Below the pieces are notes generated by a model. It did not search any database, was not told the DNA's origin, and was given only the letters and a program-made list of their open reading frames with translations. A stretch of DNA of 40,677 nt from Gammaproteobacteria bacterium (GTDB taxonomy: Bacteria > Pseudomonadota > Gammaproteobacteria > JAJDYQ01), in assembly GCA_026196145.1 (NCBI GenBank), contig JAPHTU010000168.1, forward strand, positions 1-40,677, read 5' to 3'. Below, piece by piece: positions 14,593 through 25,250 of this stretch. The position numbers and the translations under genes were made by a program. Position 1 is the first letter of the stretch. Every line of letters starts with the position of its first letter.

Positions 14593-16412
14593 TCAGTAAA
14601 AATCGTGCCTTCCTGTTCTGCCTGCCCCACAGCCAACATGGACTTGGCGATTCGCTTGGCAAAGTAGTAGATCCGCTTCTGCTTCTCGATAACCTCAACC
14701 TCAAGCGTATAGGCCTGCAGCCGGTTCGGTTCATCGGCCACCAGCCGCTCTACCTGATGCAGCTCAGCAGCCTTCGCCAACTCGGCAATATCTGCCTTCA
14801 TGTCAATCACATCCTGCGCAAGTTGCCAGTTATTTTCCATCACCGAGTTAATTGCCATCGCAACAGATCCCGAAATCTCTTCGTGTAACCGGGTAAGGAC
14901 TTCGCGGGTTGACTGACTGATAGTCAGGCCTTTCTCAATCCTGTTTTCGCCTACACCGACCAGGTCGGTTTCAATGAGATCACCGATATTCTCCAGATCA
15001 TTGGTAGCGGCCATCAACTCTATTAGTAACCGTGACTGCTGGTCCGTCAATGGCTCCCTGCTGAGACGACCCAGGTAATCAATAATCTCTTGATGCAGGA
15101 TATCAACCTTGTCATCGATTCTGGCAATTTCCCTGAGCGAACTTCGATCACCCTCCAGCATCGCCGGCATGATCCGTTGTAACATGTCCATGACACGCTG
15201 ACCGGCATTACCGATTTCCAGTCTTACGATATCCAGGGCCAGTGAAGGTGTCTCGAACAAATCTTTATCCAGATACTTTGGCTTGGTAGCAGGCACTGTC
15301 TCCTCAATCGGCCTGTCCGGCACCAGCCACTCGACCAGACGCGCAAACTGTGAGGTAAAACCAATAAAAATTAGTGTATTGGCAATATTAAATACGGTGT
15401 GTGCATTGGCAATCTGACGTGGTGTCTCTGCCGCCAGTTTATCCATACCTGACAACTCGTTATGCACAGGAGAAAACCAGGTGACAAATTCCGATAAATG
15501 GGTAATAAAACCCAGCCAAATCAATACACCAAATATATTAAAGAACACATGTACCAGCGATGCCCTCAATGCCTCGCGTGGCTTACCGATTGCAGCCAGC
15601 AATGCGGTCACACAGGTACCGATATTCGCGCCAAATGCCAGCGCTATGCCCGCCGGCAGGGTAATAAATCCCTGGCTGGCCATAACGATAACAATACCGG
15701 TTGTCGCAGAAGATGACTGGATCAGCCCGGTAAACGCTGCTGCAACCAGAATACCAATCAACGGATTCTCCATTGATACCATCAGATCAAGAAATGGCTG
15801 AAAGGTGCGCAGGGGCTTCATCGCGTCACTCATGACGCTCATACCGAAAAACACCAGGCCCAGACCCATCAGCATGGCGCCATATTGTTTAATCTTTTCC
15901 TTTTTGGAGAAGAACAACATACCAAAGCCGACAGCAATCATCAGCAGCGCAAATTTGGTTACCTTGAAGGCAACAATCTGTGCGGTGATGGTGGTACCGA
16001 TATTGGCACCCATAATCACACCTATTGACTGCGCCATGGACATTAACCCGGCAGAGATAAAACCGACCACCAGTACCGTGGTCACCGAAGATGACTGAAT
16101 AACGGCGGTAACGAATGCGCCCGTTATCGCGCCCATGAAGCGGTTGGTTGTGAGACGTGCGAGGATCACCTTCATGCGTTCACCTGCCGCTGCCTTGAGT
16201 GCATCGGCCATCTGCTCCATGCCAAACAGGAACAGGGCCAGACCGCCCAGCAACTTCATTGCCATATTGCCCCAGTCCATCCCACCCGCGCCAGTCGTGG
16301 CAGCGAATGCCGGAACAAGAAACGCACCCAGCATGATTCCGAGTGCTATAAGAATTGGCCGACGCAGAAACGTATCGGTGCCAGTAGATTGCAGAAAATT
16401 TTTCATATACAT
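14583..16412 (-). CDS. Na/Pi cotransporter family protein (NptA/YjbB-like) with C-terminal PhoU-like helices
   Basis: Duplicated IQSSS and GANIGT motifs, with C-terminal DLENIGD. The start is at 16412 or 16406 (ORF runs to 16460). Confidence 0.93.
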   Translation of the reverse strand: MYMKNFLQSTGTDTFLRRPILIALGIMLGAFLVPAFAATTGAGGMDWGNMAMKLLGGLALFLFGMEQMADALKAAAGERMKVILARLTTNRFMGAITGAFVTAVIQSSSVTTVLVVGFISAGLMSMAQSIGVIMGANIGTTITAQIVAFKVTKFALLMIAVGFGMLFFSKKEKIKQYGAMLMGLGLVFFGMSVMSDAMKPLRTFQPFLDLMVSMENPLIGILVAAAFTGLIQSSSATTGIVIVMASQGFITLPAGIALAFGANIGTCVTALLAAIGKPREALRASLVHVFFNIFGVLIWLGFITHLSEFVTWFSPVHNELSGMDKLAAETPRQIANAHTVFNIANTLIFIGFTSQFARLVEWLVPDRPIEETVPATKPKYLDKDLFETPSLALDIVRLEIGNAGQRVMDMLQRIMPAMLEGDRSSLREIARIDDKVDILHQEIIDYLGRLSREPLTDQQSRLLIELMAATNDLENIGDLIETDLVGVGENRIEKGLTISQSTREVLTRLHEEISGSVAMAINSVMENNWQLAQDVIDMKADIAELAKAAELHQVERLVADEPNRLQAYTLEVEVIEKQKRIYYFAKRIAKSMLAVGQAEQEGTIFTDQK

Positions 16413-16422
16413 CGCTCTTCTA

Positions 16423-16956
16423 TCACTTTGACTTATGAGGTTCTTGCAGTGCTTTAACAACTGTCACAGGCACCGGACACAGTCGCACAATTTGTTCGGC
16501 CTTCGATCCCAGCATCAGATAGCCGAGACCGGTTCGCCCCTGGCTACCCATAATGACCACTTCCGGGTGGATTTTTTCTATGACTTCCAGAATTCTGGTT
16601 ACCGGCAGACCCACCACAAGTTTGAGGGTGGCACGCTTGATCTCAATCAGTTCCGGGTGTTTAGCCGCCAGCTCTTTCTGGAAATTATCCAGCATATCCT
16701 TTGCGGTATCTTCCATCCTGTGTAGCTGTTTTTTAAGTCCCTTTACGGCGTAGTATCCAGGCGCCTCGCCCAGATCATGAACAACATGCAGGATGACCAG
16801 ATTGGTTTTCCTGCAAGCTGCTATCTGGGCTGCCCATAACAACGCAGCTTCCGACGCGGGTGAGAAATCTACCGGTACCAGTACCGGTGCACTTTGTTTC
16901 TCAGAACCTTGCTTGTCTGCTCTTTGTTTCTTTGCGCTCTGTTTCTTATTATTCAT
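16423..16956 (-). CDS. Universal stress protein
   Basis: VLVPVDFS, LHVV, and IMGSQGRTG..MLGSKAEQIVR..PVPVTVV. Confidence 0.93.
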   Translation of the reverse strand: MNNKKQSAKKQRADKQGSEKQSAPVLVPVDFSPASEAALLWAAQIAACRKTNLVILHVVHDLGEAPGYYAVKGLKKQLHRMEDTAKDMLDNFQKELAAKHPELIEIKRATLKLVVGLPVTRILEVIEKIHPEVVIMGSQGRTGLGYLMLGSKAEQIVRLCPVPVTVVKALQEPHKSK

Positions 16957-17053
16957 TCAAACATCTCCCTCATGCTGGCCTGCAATTGTTATTTACTGAT
17001 ATTGAGCGAGAATCGGCATTATGGCCAGTAGTCTGCTATGAACTGACAGTAAA

Positions 17054-19348
17054 CTAATCCGAATTCTGCCGATCCCCCTCTTCCTCCTGAAGTCGCCGGC
17101 GGAAGTGAGTCAGTAATTTCTTCCTCAATTTTGCTTGCTGGTGCTTGGCCGCTGCCGTCTTGCGCTTACGGGCCAGTTCAATAACGGTTTCCTGGGCTGA
17201 AGTTTGTACTTCGCCAGCCTCGGATAACGGGATGTAACGACCATCTGACTGCATCTCCCAGCAGTGCTTTTTGCTGGAAAGCTGCACGTCTAGCATCAAC
17301 CTGAGTTCCTGGCGCAATTTTAAATTATCCACCGGCGCCACCACCTCGACACGACCTTCCAGATTACGCTTCATCAGGTCGGCGGAGCCGATGTAATATT
17401 CTTCATCTCCACCGTTCTTGAAATAGTAGATACGGGCATGTTCCAGAAATTGCCCAAGCACACTGATTACACGCGCACTCTCACTGACACCGGCAACACC
17501 GGGGCGAAAGCGACAGGTATCACGCACAATCAGATCTACCTTCACCCCGACCTGTGAAGCCCGATAAAGCGCCTTGGTAATATCAGCATCTTCCAGCGCA
17601 TTCATCTTGAACTGGATATGACCCGGTTCATCGGCTGTGTGCACGCTGATCTCCCGCTTGATCTTGTCCAGCAGGGACTTTTTCAGGGTATAGGGTGCTG
17701 CCAGAATCTTTCGATAGGTTGGCGGCGGTGAGTAACCGGTAAGATAATTAAAAAGCTCGGTCAGGTCCTGGGTAATCTGGTCATCACCGGTCAGCATACC
17801 CAGATCACAATACAGGCGTGCGGTACCCGCATGGTAGTTGCCGGTACCGACGTGCGCATAACGTTTCAGGCCATTGAAATCCTTGCGAACCACCAGAATG
17901 ATCTTGCTGTGCGTCTTCAGGCCAACGACGCCGTAGGTCACATGAATCCCGGCCTGCTCCAGGCGGCGAGCCCAGCGGATATTTGCCGCCTCATCAAAAC
18001 GTGCCTTGAGCTCAATCAAGACCGCGACCTGCTTGCCATTGGTGGCGGCCTGGATCAGCGTCTGGATAATCTCACCTTCTGCAGAAGTCCGGTAAAGCGT
18101 CATCTTGATGGCCAGTACCTTGGGGTCCTCACTGGCCTTACGCAGAAACCGACCGACTGTTGAACCAAAGGCCTCATACGGATGCTGTAGCAATATGGCA
18201 CCCCGGTCACGAATAATATGAAAAATATTACGCGGATCATGCGCCAGACGTGGGTGCTCTATTGGCTTATGCAGTGGATCATGCAGTTCGGCGATATCCA
18301 GACCAGCAATTTCAAACAGGTCCTGTATCCCCAGCAATATTTCCGACTCGAAGACGTCACTGCTCTCATCCAGCATAAGCTCTGCTGCCAACATACCCCG
18401 ATGAGTCTTGTTCATGCCTTTCATTACCTGCAGGCGCACGATAGACGCGAAGTGCCTGTGCCGCAGCTCGGTTTCAATCATGGCAAGCAGGTCCTCTGCC
18501 TCCTCTTCATCCAGCTCCACTACTGCATTACGGGTCACACGAAATAGCTCGCACGACACAATTTCCATACCGGGGAACAGCAGGTCCATGTTATTGGTAA
18601 CGGCGTCATCCAGCGTCACAAAGGTATTGTCGTCACCAACCCGCAGAAACCTGGGTGCCACATCCTTGCTGACAGGTACCTTGACACGCGCCAGGTGCAC
18701 CTGGCTCCCACCCGGGTGGCGAATACTGACAAGCAGATTTAACGCCAGGTTTGAAATAAACGGAAAGGGATGACCGGGATCCATGGCCAGTGGCGTCAGG
18801 ACCGGGAAAATATTCTCGATAAAGTCCTTGCGCAGGGAAGCCTGCTGACTGGCAGTAAGGTCCTTGAAATTCGTCAGGTGGATACCGTGGTCATCCAATT
18901 CTTTCAGCAGACCGTCAAAAATAGTCTTTTGTTTTTTATTCAGCTTATGTACCACGGCCTGACATTCTGTCAATTGCTGCTGCGGAGTACGCCCATCAAC
19001 TGTAGGCACTCGGACACCGGCAGCTATCTGTTGTTTGAGGCCACCAATACGCTTCATGAAGAACTCATCAAGGTTATTGCCGACTATCGCCATGAACTTG
19101 ACCCGTTCCAGCAGTGGCACATCCGGATCCTCTGCCATGGCCAATACCCGCCAGGTAAAATCCAGCCAGGTCAATTCACGGTTGAGGTAAAGCTCTGATG
19201 AATCCAGGTCAATCGGTTTTCCCGACGCAACCAGTTGCTTTGACTTTTCATTCGAACTATTCCGACTTACACGGGGTTGCTTGCGTGGCGCAGCAGTTTG
19301 AGCGCGCGACGAGCCTGCAGAACCGGTTTTTACTATAGACTCACCCAT
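17054..19348 (-). CDS. ppk1: Polyphosphate kinase 1
   Basis: YLNRELTWLDF, NLDEFFM, HPFPFI, IKMTLYR, ELKARFDE, KTHSK (catalytic His), GTGNYH, FLEHARI and GSADLM. Confidence 0.98.
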   Translation of the reverse strand: MGESIVKTGSAGSSRAQTAAPRKQPRVSRNSSNEKSKQLVASGKPIDLDSSELYLNRELTWLDFTWRVLAMAEDPDVPLLERVKFMAIVGNNLDEFFMKRIGGLKQQIAAGVRVPTVDGRTPQQQLTECQAVVHKLNKKQKTIFDGLLKELDDHGIHLTNFKDLTASQQASLRKDFIENIFPVLTPLAMDPGHPFPFISNLALNLLVSIRHPGGSQVHLARVKVPVSKDVAPRFLRVGDDNTFVTLDDAVTNNMDLLFPGMEIVSCELFRVTRNAVVELDEEEAEDLLAMIETELRHRHFASIVRLQVMKGMNKTHRGMLAAELMLDESSDVFESEILLGIQDLFEIAGLDIAELHDPLHKPIEHPRLAHDPRNIFHIIRDRGAILLQHPYEAFGSTVGRFLRKASEDPKVLAIKMTLYRTSAEGEIIQTLIQAATNGKQVAVLIELKARFDEAANIRWARRLEQAGIHVTYGVVGLKTHSKIILVVRKDFNGLKRYAHVGTGNYHAGTARLYCDLGMLTGDDQITQDLTELFNYLTGYSPPPTYRKILAAPYTLKKSLLDKIKREISVHTADEPGHIQFKMNALEDADITKALYRASQVGVKVDLIVRDTCRFRPGVAGVSESARVISVLGQFLEHARIYYFKNGGDEEYYIGSADLMKRNLEGRVEVVAPVDNLKLRQELRLMLDVQLSSKKHCWEMQSDGRYIPLSEAGEVQTSAQETVIELARKRKTAAAKHQQAKLRKKLLTHFRRRLQEEEGDRQNSD

Positions 19349-19393
19349 TACTCATTGCTCCAACGTAATATTATGCTCGATGCGATCCGACTG

Positions 19394-19428
19394 ACCATAC
19401 GCCTAAATATATTACAACTATGTAACAA
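19394..19428 (-). promoter_or_regulatory. Pho-box-like direct repeat plus a candidate -10 upstream of ppk1
   Basis: Minus strand TTGTTAC-ATAG-TTGTAAT (19428-19411, 11-bp period), followed 11 nt later by TATGGT. Confidence 0.4.
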
Positions 19429-19573
19429 ATATCATGAAATATTAAATATATTATGTAACTTCCTAATATCTATAACATTAGTTGATGCAGATCAAATATA
19501 AAGCTTCAAGTTATTCCAAAAAAAAGGCATAGTACAATGCTTATAATAAAGGAGCACTGACCGGGATCAACTG

Positions 19574-21181
19574 ATGGATGGATTTCTACAATATCTACTC
19601 ATCTACTGGGCCGACTCCCTGGAGTACTTCGCGTTCGAGCATGCGCGTCTTTCTGAACCCGACATGGTCGCTCGTCTGGTCCTTCAAGGCTTCCTACTCA
19701 TAGGGTCCGCTTTTTTCTCCGGTTCTGAAACCGCGCTGTTTTCCCTGTCTCGCCTGGACCTGCAAAAACTGCGGCGTGAGCGCAACCGCCACTCAGAGAC
19801 ACTGCATGCCCTGCTTGACCAGCCCAGGCGACTGATCATATCTATCCTGTGTGGTAATGAACTGGTCAATATTGCGGCCTCTATCAACATGGCCAGCATC
19901 CTCATCAGTCTGTATGGCATAGAGAAGGCGCCCTGGGTCACCCTCATCGTTATGGTACCGCTGCTACTGGTGTTTGGTGAAATCACGCCCAAGACGATTG
20001 CCATCTCCAACCCGATACGGGTGTGTACTACCCTGGTCGCAACGCCAATGAATCTCTGGGTGAAATTTATCACCCCGCTACGCTGGTTAATTCGTGGCGC
20101 AGCCGATCGCATTACGACTCTGTTTGTCGGTGAGGAAAAGGCGGCGGAAAACATTCTTCATGTAGACGAGTTCAAATCCCTGGTTGAAGAAGTGGCCAAG
20201 GAGGGAAATATCGACGCTACCGAGCGTGCGCTGATCTACAACCTGCTGGAGGCAGGTGACACCGAAATCGTTGAGATCATGACACCCCGCACACGTACCG
20301 CCTTTCTCAACGCTGAACTCGAGGTACCGGAAATAGTTGAATGTTTTATGGAATATCGCCATCCACGTGTGCCGGTATTCCGCACGCACAAGGATAAAAT
20401 GGTTGGTTTTATCCATGCGGAAGACGTGCTGCGCCTGATTCTGGATAACGCGGATTTATCTGCCCTGAAACTCGAAGACATCATGCATCCCGCGGTCGTT
20501 GTCCCACCGACCAAAAAAGTTGACGAGATGTTCGATTTCTTCCAGAACAACAATGCCCGTGCTGCGGCCGTACTCAATGAATTTGGTGGCGTAGAGGGAT
20601 TTGTCACCATGAAGGATGTTTTAACCTTTATATTCGGACAGATTTCCGGAGAAATTACCGGCCATGAACATTACCAGGAGCGTGATGAAAACGTCTATGA
20701 AATTCCTGGTGATATGAAGCTGAATGATTTTAATAATCTGACTAACTTTGGAATTGAGGATCCACGCATGACCACCATAGGCGGCGTGGCCTTCAGGCAT
20801 CTGGACAGACTACCCAAGGAAGGCGATGCCGTTACCGTAGAAGGTATCGTGATCTCGGTATTGAAGATGGATGGGCACCGCATCGCAGATGTCCGGGTAA
20901 GCCGTGGCTCGGTTGCGGAAGAAGAAGCAGATAGTGAAACAGAAGATCTCGAAAATTCCGAGGCACGGGATACCGATACCAGTAGTGATGCAGAGGCTGA
21001 TACTTCTGTTACTGCAAATGATGGGGATAGTGCCGAGAGCAATGTCAGGGAATTTACCGCCCCGGACAAAGGCAAACCACCTGCAGGTACAGTCGCAGAA
21101 CAATTATCTGCAAACGAGCAATCGGTATCTGCGTCCAGTGAGGACGACAAGATTGCACACATTGACCCGGGGAGAAAATGA
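19574..21181 (+). CDS. CNNM/CorB-family protein (DUF21 + CBS pair + CorC_HlyC) with an acidic tail
   Basis: SAFFSGSETALFS, FGEITPK, IMTPR, NEFGG, TIGG, and a ~90-aa D/E/S-rich tail. Confidence 0.92.
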   Translation: MDGFLQYLLIYWADSLEYFAFEHARLSEPDMVARLVLQGFLLIGSAFFSGSETALFSLSRLDLQKLRRERNRHSETLHALLDQPRRLIISILCGNELVNIAASINMASILISLYGIEKAPWVTLIVMVPLLLVFGEITPKTIAISNPIRVCTTLVATPMNLWVKFITPLRWLIRGAADRITTLFVGEEKAAENILHVDEFKSLVEEVAKEGNIDATERALIYNLLEAGDTEIVEIMTPRTRTAFLNAELEVPEIVECFMEYRHPRVPVFRTHKDKMVGFIHAEDVLRLILDNADLSALKLEDIMHPAVVVPPTKKVDEMFDFFQNNNARAAAVLNEFGGVEGFVTMKDVLTFIFGQISGEITGHEHYQERDENVYEIPGDMKLNDFNNLTNFGIEDPRMTTIGGVAFRHLDRLPKEGDAVTVEGIVISVLKMDGHRIADVRVSRGSVAEEEADSETEDLENSEARDTDTSSDAEADTSVTANDGDSAESNVREFTAPDKGKPPAGTVAEQLSANEQSVSASSEDDKIAHIDPGRK

Positions 21182-22440
21182 TGGAACTGATTGTTTTTCT
21201 ACTCATCATGCTGTTTCTGCTGTTCCTCAAAGGCTTTTTTTCAGGGTCAGAGATTGCCCTGGTCAACTCTGACAAGCTGAAACTGCACCACAAGGCCAAC
21301 CAGGGCAGCAAGGGAGCGCAGCTGGTTCTCAAGCTGTTTGAAACTCCTGATGTTCTACTGGGAACCACACTGGTAGGTACCAATATTTTTACCATTGCCC
21401 TGACCACACTCGGCACCATGTTTCTGATACGTTATTTCGGTGCGAGCGGCGAATTCTATGCCCTACTGATATACACACCACTATTCCTGATCCTTGGTGA
21501 AATTGTTCCCAAGAGTATCTACCAGCAAAAGTCTGATGTACTGGCGCCAATAGTCGTTTACCCGTTACGTTTTTTTTCGTGGCTGTTCTACCCGCTGGTA
21601 TTTGTATTTTCACGCATCGCCAGACTGGGCGCACGTATCGTTGGCGGCGGCAAAACCGAACAGAACGTATTCATTACCAGGGAACAGATTCGCTCCCTCG
21701 TTGAAATGGCCGAGCGGGGTTCAAATGTAGATGCCTTCGACCGCGGGCGCATCAAACGAGTCATTCGTTTTGCCGAAACCACCGTTGGCGAAGCCATGAT
21801 CCCGGTAGCTGAAATTACCGCAATTGGCGAGAAACAGAATACCCGCGATGCAATCGACCTTGTTCGTCGCCGTGGCTACAATCGTCTGCCGGTGTCTCGG
21901 AAAAATATCAGCGATATCGTCGGCATCGTCACCCTGACCACCTGGGATCTGATGGATCGTGAACTTCCCGGCAAGGATTTATCGGAATTCATTCAGCCTG
22001 CCCTATACGCCTCCGCCTATCAGACCATAGATGAACTACTGCCCATCCTGAGGCAGCGCAAGGACCATATGGCCATCGTGGTGGATGAATTTGGTTCCGC
22101 TGTCGGCATGATTACCATGGAAGACATCCTTGAAGAGGTCGTTGGAGAAATCGATGTCGGCTATGACTTTGAAGAGTACCTGCCCAGGCGCAAGCGCATC
22201 TTCGAGATGCTAGATGAAGAGGTCTACCTGATGGACGCGCGTCTGCCGATTTCAGAGGCCAACGAAGTACTCTTCACACAGTTACCGGCGACTGAAAATC
22301 ACACCTTGGGAGGACTGGTTGTCGCACGCCTGCGCCGCATCCCGGTAGAAGGCGACAGTATCACTGAGGAGGGTTATCGCTTTACGGTAGAAGAGGCAAC
22401 CGAGCGATCAATTGTGAGATTACGTGTGGAGCGCATGTAG
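21178..22440 (+). CDS. Second CNNM/CorB-family protein
   Basis: GFFSGSEIAL, LGEIVPK, VVDEFGSAVGMITMEDILEEVVGEI and TLGG. Overlaps the first gene by 4 bp. Confidence 0.93.
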   Translation: MMELIVFLLIMLFLLFLKGFFSGSEIALVNSDKLKLHHKANQGSKGAQLVLKLFETPDVLLGTTLVGTNIFTIALTTLGTMFLIRYFGASGEFYALLIYTPLFLILGEIVPKSIYQQKSDVLAPIVVYPLRFFSWLFYPLVFVFSRIARLGARIVGGGKTEQNVFITREQIRSLVEMAERGSNVDAFDRGRIKRVIRFAETTVGEAMIPVAEITAIGEKQNTRDAIDLVRRRGYNRLPVSRKNISDIVGIVTLTTWDLMDRELPGKDLSEFIQPALYASAYQTIDELLPILRQRKDHMAIVVDEFGSAVGMITMEDILEEVVGEIDVGYDFEEYLPRRKRIFEMLDEEVYLMDARLPISEANEVLFTQLPATENHTLGGLVVARLRRIPVEGDSITEEGYRFTVEEATERSIVRLRVERM

Positions 22441-22542
22441 TGTCGTAATAGTCTCTACCAACTATATTTATAGATACCTGGACGAACCGGGGGTATCACT
22501 CCCTGGTCTGTTTGTACGAAAATTTGTCAGGGGGATAACTAG

Positions 22543-24090
22543 ATGTACAGGACGGCGGAACTGGGGCGCAAGATCCCCAAAAAGGAATTCGAGGAACGTG
22601 AGCTGGTATTGAGGCAGGAACTGCTGGAGTTACAGCAGGAATTGCTCAATCAAGCAGACTTTCCGGTCATTGTTGTCATGGCAGGTGTAGACGGCGCCGG
22701 TAAAGGCGCCACGGTCAATATGCTGAACGAATGGATGGATCCCCGCTGGCTGGTGACCAGCGCCTATGGAGAACCCTCTGACGAGGAACGGCAACGCCCC
22801 ACTTACTGGCGCTTCTGGCGTGACCTGCCCCCCAAGGGGCGTATCGGATTATTTCTAAGTTCCTGGTATTCAAGGCCCGTGCTCGATCATGTTTACAATG
22901 ACATTGGTGCAAACACATTCAGCCAGCATCTGGATCGCATATTGGCGTTTGAAAAGGAACTGACTGATGACGGTGCGGTCATTCTCAAATTCTGGATGCA
23001 CCTTAGCCGTGACGAGCAAAAAAGACGTTTAAAATGCCTGGAGAAAGACCCGCTCACCAGTTGGCGTGTAACCGACACAGACTGGAAAAACTGGAAACTG
23101 TATGACAGCTTCATTGAAGTCGGCGAACGCACCATTATGCGCACCAGTACCGGACTGGCGCCCTGGACAATAGTTGAAGGCATGGACCATCGATACGCCT
23201 GCATTACGGTTGGCGAAATGATTCGGGACACCATCCGTCGCAAGCTTGAAGAATCAAAACTGGCCCGGGAAGTAAAGGCAAAGTTGCAGGCTGATTCGTC
23301 TGAAGAAGAGGCCCCGGTCATCAGTGATGATGAAGCAGGCAATATTATTCAGGAGGAGGCCGAGCCACCAATCACCGTGCTCAGCGTACTGGAAATGTCG
23401 AAGACACTGACCAAGTCCAGCTACAAATCACAGCTAAAAAAATACCAGGCGGAACTCAACCTGCTACACCGCCGCGCCCTGAAAAAAGGTGTCTCCACAA
23501 TCATGGTGTGCGAAGGCCCGGATGCAGCCGGCAAGGGCGGCGCCATTCGGCGCGTGACTGCTGCGCTTGATGCCCGAAACTTCCGCGTGCTGCCGTTCGC
23601 TGCTCCAACAGATGAAGAAAGTGCCCAGCATTACCTGTGGCGATTCTGGCGCCATCTGTCGCGTGCGGGTCGATTGACCATTTTTGATCGCAGCTGGTAC
23701 GGGCGCGTACTGGTCGAACGGGTCGAGGGATTTGCCACGGAAGATGAATGGCGCCGCGCCTATGCCGAGATCAATGACTTCGAGGAGCAACTCACCGAAC
23801 ATGGCATCGTGCTGCTCAAGTACTGGATTCATATCACGGAAGAGGAACAGCTGGCCCGCTTCGAAGCCCGTGAGCAGACACCGCACAAACGCTGGAAGCT
23901 CACGGATGAAGACTGGCGAAACCGTGAGAAGTGGCACGATTACTCAGTGGCGGTACATGACATGGTGCAACATACAGATACAAGGTCTGCGCAGTGGACC
24001 CTGGTAGAAGGTAACGATAAACGCTACGCGAGGATCAAGGTTCTTAAGACACTATGCGAGGGGCTGGAAGATGCCCTGGGAAAGGAGTGA
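22543..24090 (+). CDS. pap: Class II two-domain polyphosphate kinase 2 (polyphosphate:AMP phosphotransferase)
   Basis: Two PPK2 domains: GVDGAGKG with a degenerate LFLSSWY, and EGPDAAGKG with IFDRSWYGRV and WKLTDED. Confidence 0.95.
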   Translation: MYRTAELGRKIPKKEFEERELVLRQELLELQQELLNQADFPVIVVMAGVDGAGKGATVNMLNEWMDPRWLVTSAYGEPSDEERQRPTYWRFWRDLPPKGRIGLFLSSWYSRPVLDHVYNDIGANTFSQHLDRILAFEKELTDDGAVILKFWMHLSRDEQKRRLKCLEKDPLTSWRVTDTDWKNWKLYDSFIEVGERTIMRTSTGLAPWTIVEGMDHRYACITVGEMIRDTIRRKLEESKLAREVKAKLQADSSEEEAPVISDDEAGNIIQEEAEPPITVLSVLEMSKTLTKSSYKSQLKKYQAELNLLHRRALKKGVSTIMVCEGPDAAGKGGAIRRVTAALDARNFRVLPFAAPTDEESAQHYLWRFWRHLSRAGRLTIFDRSWYGRVLVERVEGFATEDEWRRAYAEINDFEEQLTEHGIVLLKYWIHITEEEQLARFEAREQTPHKRWKLTDEDWRNREKWHDYSVAVHDMVQHTDTRSAQWTLVEGNDKRYARIKVLKTLCEGLEDALGKE

Positions 24091-24206
24091 ACATCATCAC
24101 AGTACTACCCTACATAAAAATGTAATATTTAGCAGGTAACATTGGCAGTAACATCGACTGATGGGAATCAGCCACTCATTGTAATTATTTTCAGGGGACA
24201 CCCGGC

Positions 24207-24650
24207 ATGGGCAAGGTCATAGCTCCATCGTACTCTCACAAACAGTCTGCTGTCGTGCCCTACCGTAAAAACGGCGGTATCCTGGAAGTACTTCTGATTA
24301 CATCGCGCCGAAAGAAACAATGGATCATCCCCAAGGGTATCAAGGAGCCGCACCTCTCCCCCCAACATTCCGCAGCCAAAGAGGCCTTTGAGGAGGCCGG
24401 ACTTGTAGGCAAGGTATCGCACCTGCCAATTGGCAGCTACAAGCACCAGAGGTGGTGCAATACGACCTGCACGGTAAAAGTGTACTGTATGAAGGTGCAA
24501 AAGATGCATGACAAGTGGGATGAGCCCTGGAGGAAGCGCAAGTGGGTACCTTTCCACACCCTTCCCGATCGCATTCAAAAACCGGAACTACTGCGGGTTG
24601 TTCTTAAACTGCCGGACTTCCTGCAAGACAAACCTATCAAATGGATCTGA
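24207..24650 (+). CDS. NUDIX hydrolase, DIPP/Ddp1-like
   Basis: VLLITSR..KQWIIPKG..E and AAKEAFEEAG, plus R.RKW near the C-terminus. Confidence 0.88.
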   Translation: MGKVIAPSYSHKQSAVVPYRKNGGILEVLLITSRRKKQWIIPKGIKEPHLSPQHSAAKEAFEEAGLVGKVSHLPIGSYKHQRWCNTTCTVKVYCMKVQKMHDKWDEPWRKRKWVPFHTLPDRIQKPELLRVVLKLPDFLQDKPIKWI

Positions 24651-24663
24651 CTGCGAGCCGATA

Positions 24664-25140
24664 ATGGGCATTGAAATCGAAAGAAAGTATCTGCTTAAGA
24701 GTGATGGCTGGCGAAAAGATATCGACCGCTCACAAATCTACCGACAGGGTTATCTGAAACAGGACGGGAAATGCACGGTACGTGTGCGTATTGGTGGCAA
24801 GCAGGCACACCTCAACATCAAGGGCGCCAGCAAATCTATCAGCAGGGCCGAATATGAATATGAGATCCCCATGCAGGAGGCTGGCGAGATGCTCGACAAC
24901 CTGTGCGTTGGCTCCGTCATAGAAAAAACCAGGCACCTCGTCAAACACGGCAGCCATATCTGGGAGATCGACGTCTTCCAGGGTGATAATGCGGGTCTCA
25001 TCGTTGCGGAGATTGAGCTGAGCGCGGAAGACGAATCATTCGAACGCCCCGCATGGTTGGGGGAAGAGGTTTCCGAGGACCCGCGTTACCTCAATGCCTC
25101 GCTGGTAACCAAACCGTTTTGTAGCTGGGATAGCGAATAG
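24664..25140 (+). CDS. CYTH/triphosphate tunnel metalloenzyme
   Basis: EIERKYL, QGYL, VRVRI, EYEY, IEKTR, WEIDVF, AEIEL and RYLNASL. The start is ATG 24664. Confidence 0.93.
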   Translation: MGIEIERKYLLKSDGWRKDIDRSQIYRQGYLKQDGKCTVRVRIGGKQAHLNIKGASKSISRAEYEYEIPMQEAGEMLDNLCVGSVIEKTRHLVKHGSHIWEIDVFQGDNAGLIVAEIELSAEDESFERPAWLGEEVSEDPRYLNASLVTKPFCSWDSE

Positions 25141-25250
25141 CGCTGCCTCAGGGGTGACGACTGTAGTTACCCTGATAATGGCTGCCGGGTAGGTACACAT
25201 TAACGGCCACTGTATACAACGAACCGGCTATTCAGGCGAAAAGTTGGGGA

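Noticed and set aside
19574-22440. Hemolysin/virulence genes
   Set aside because: This is a legacy label for the family; the domain content is CNNM/CorB Mg2+ transport.
24508-24663. N-terminal extension of the CYTH ORF suggesting a NUDIX-CYTH fusion or frameshift
   Set aside because: The NUDIX gene ends normally and the CYTH ExERK motif begins right after ATG 24664, as is typical.
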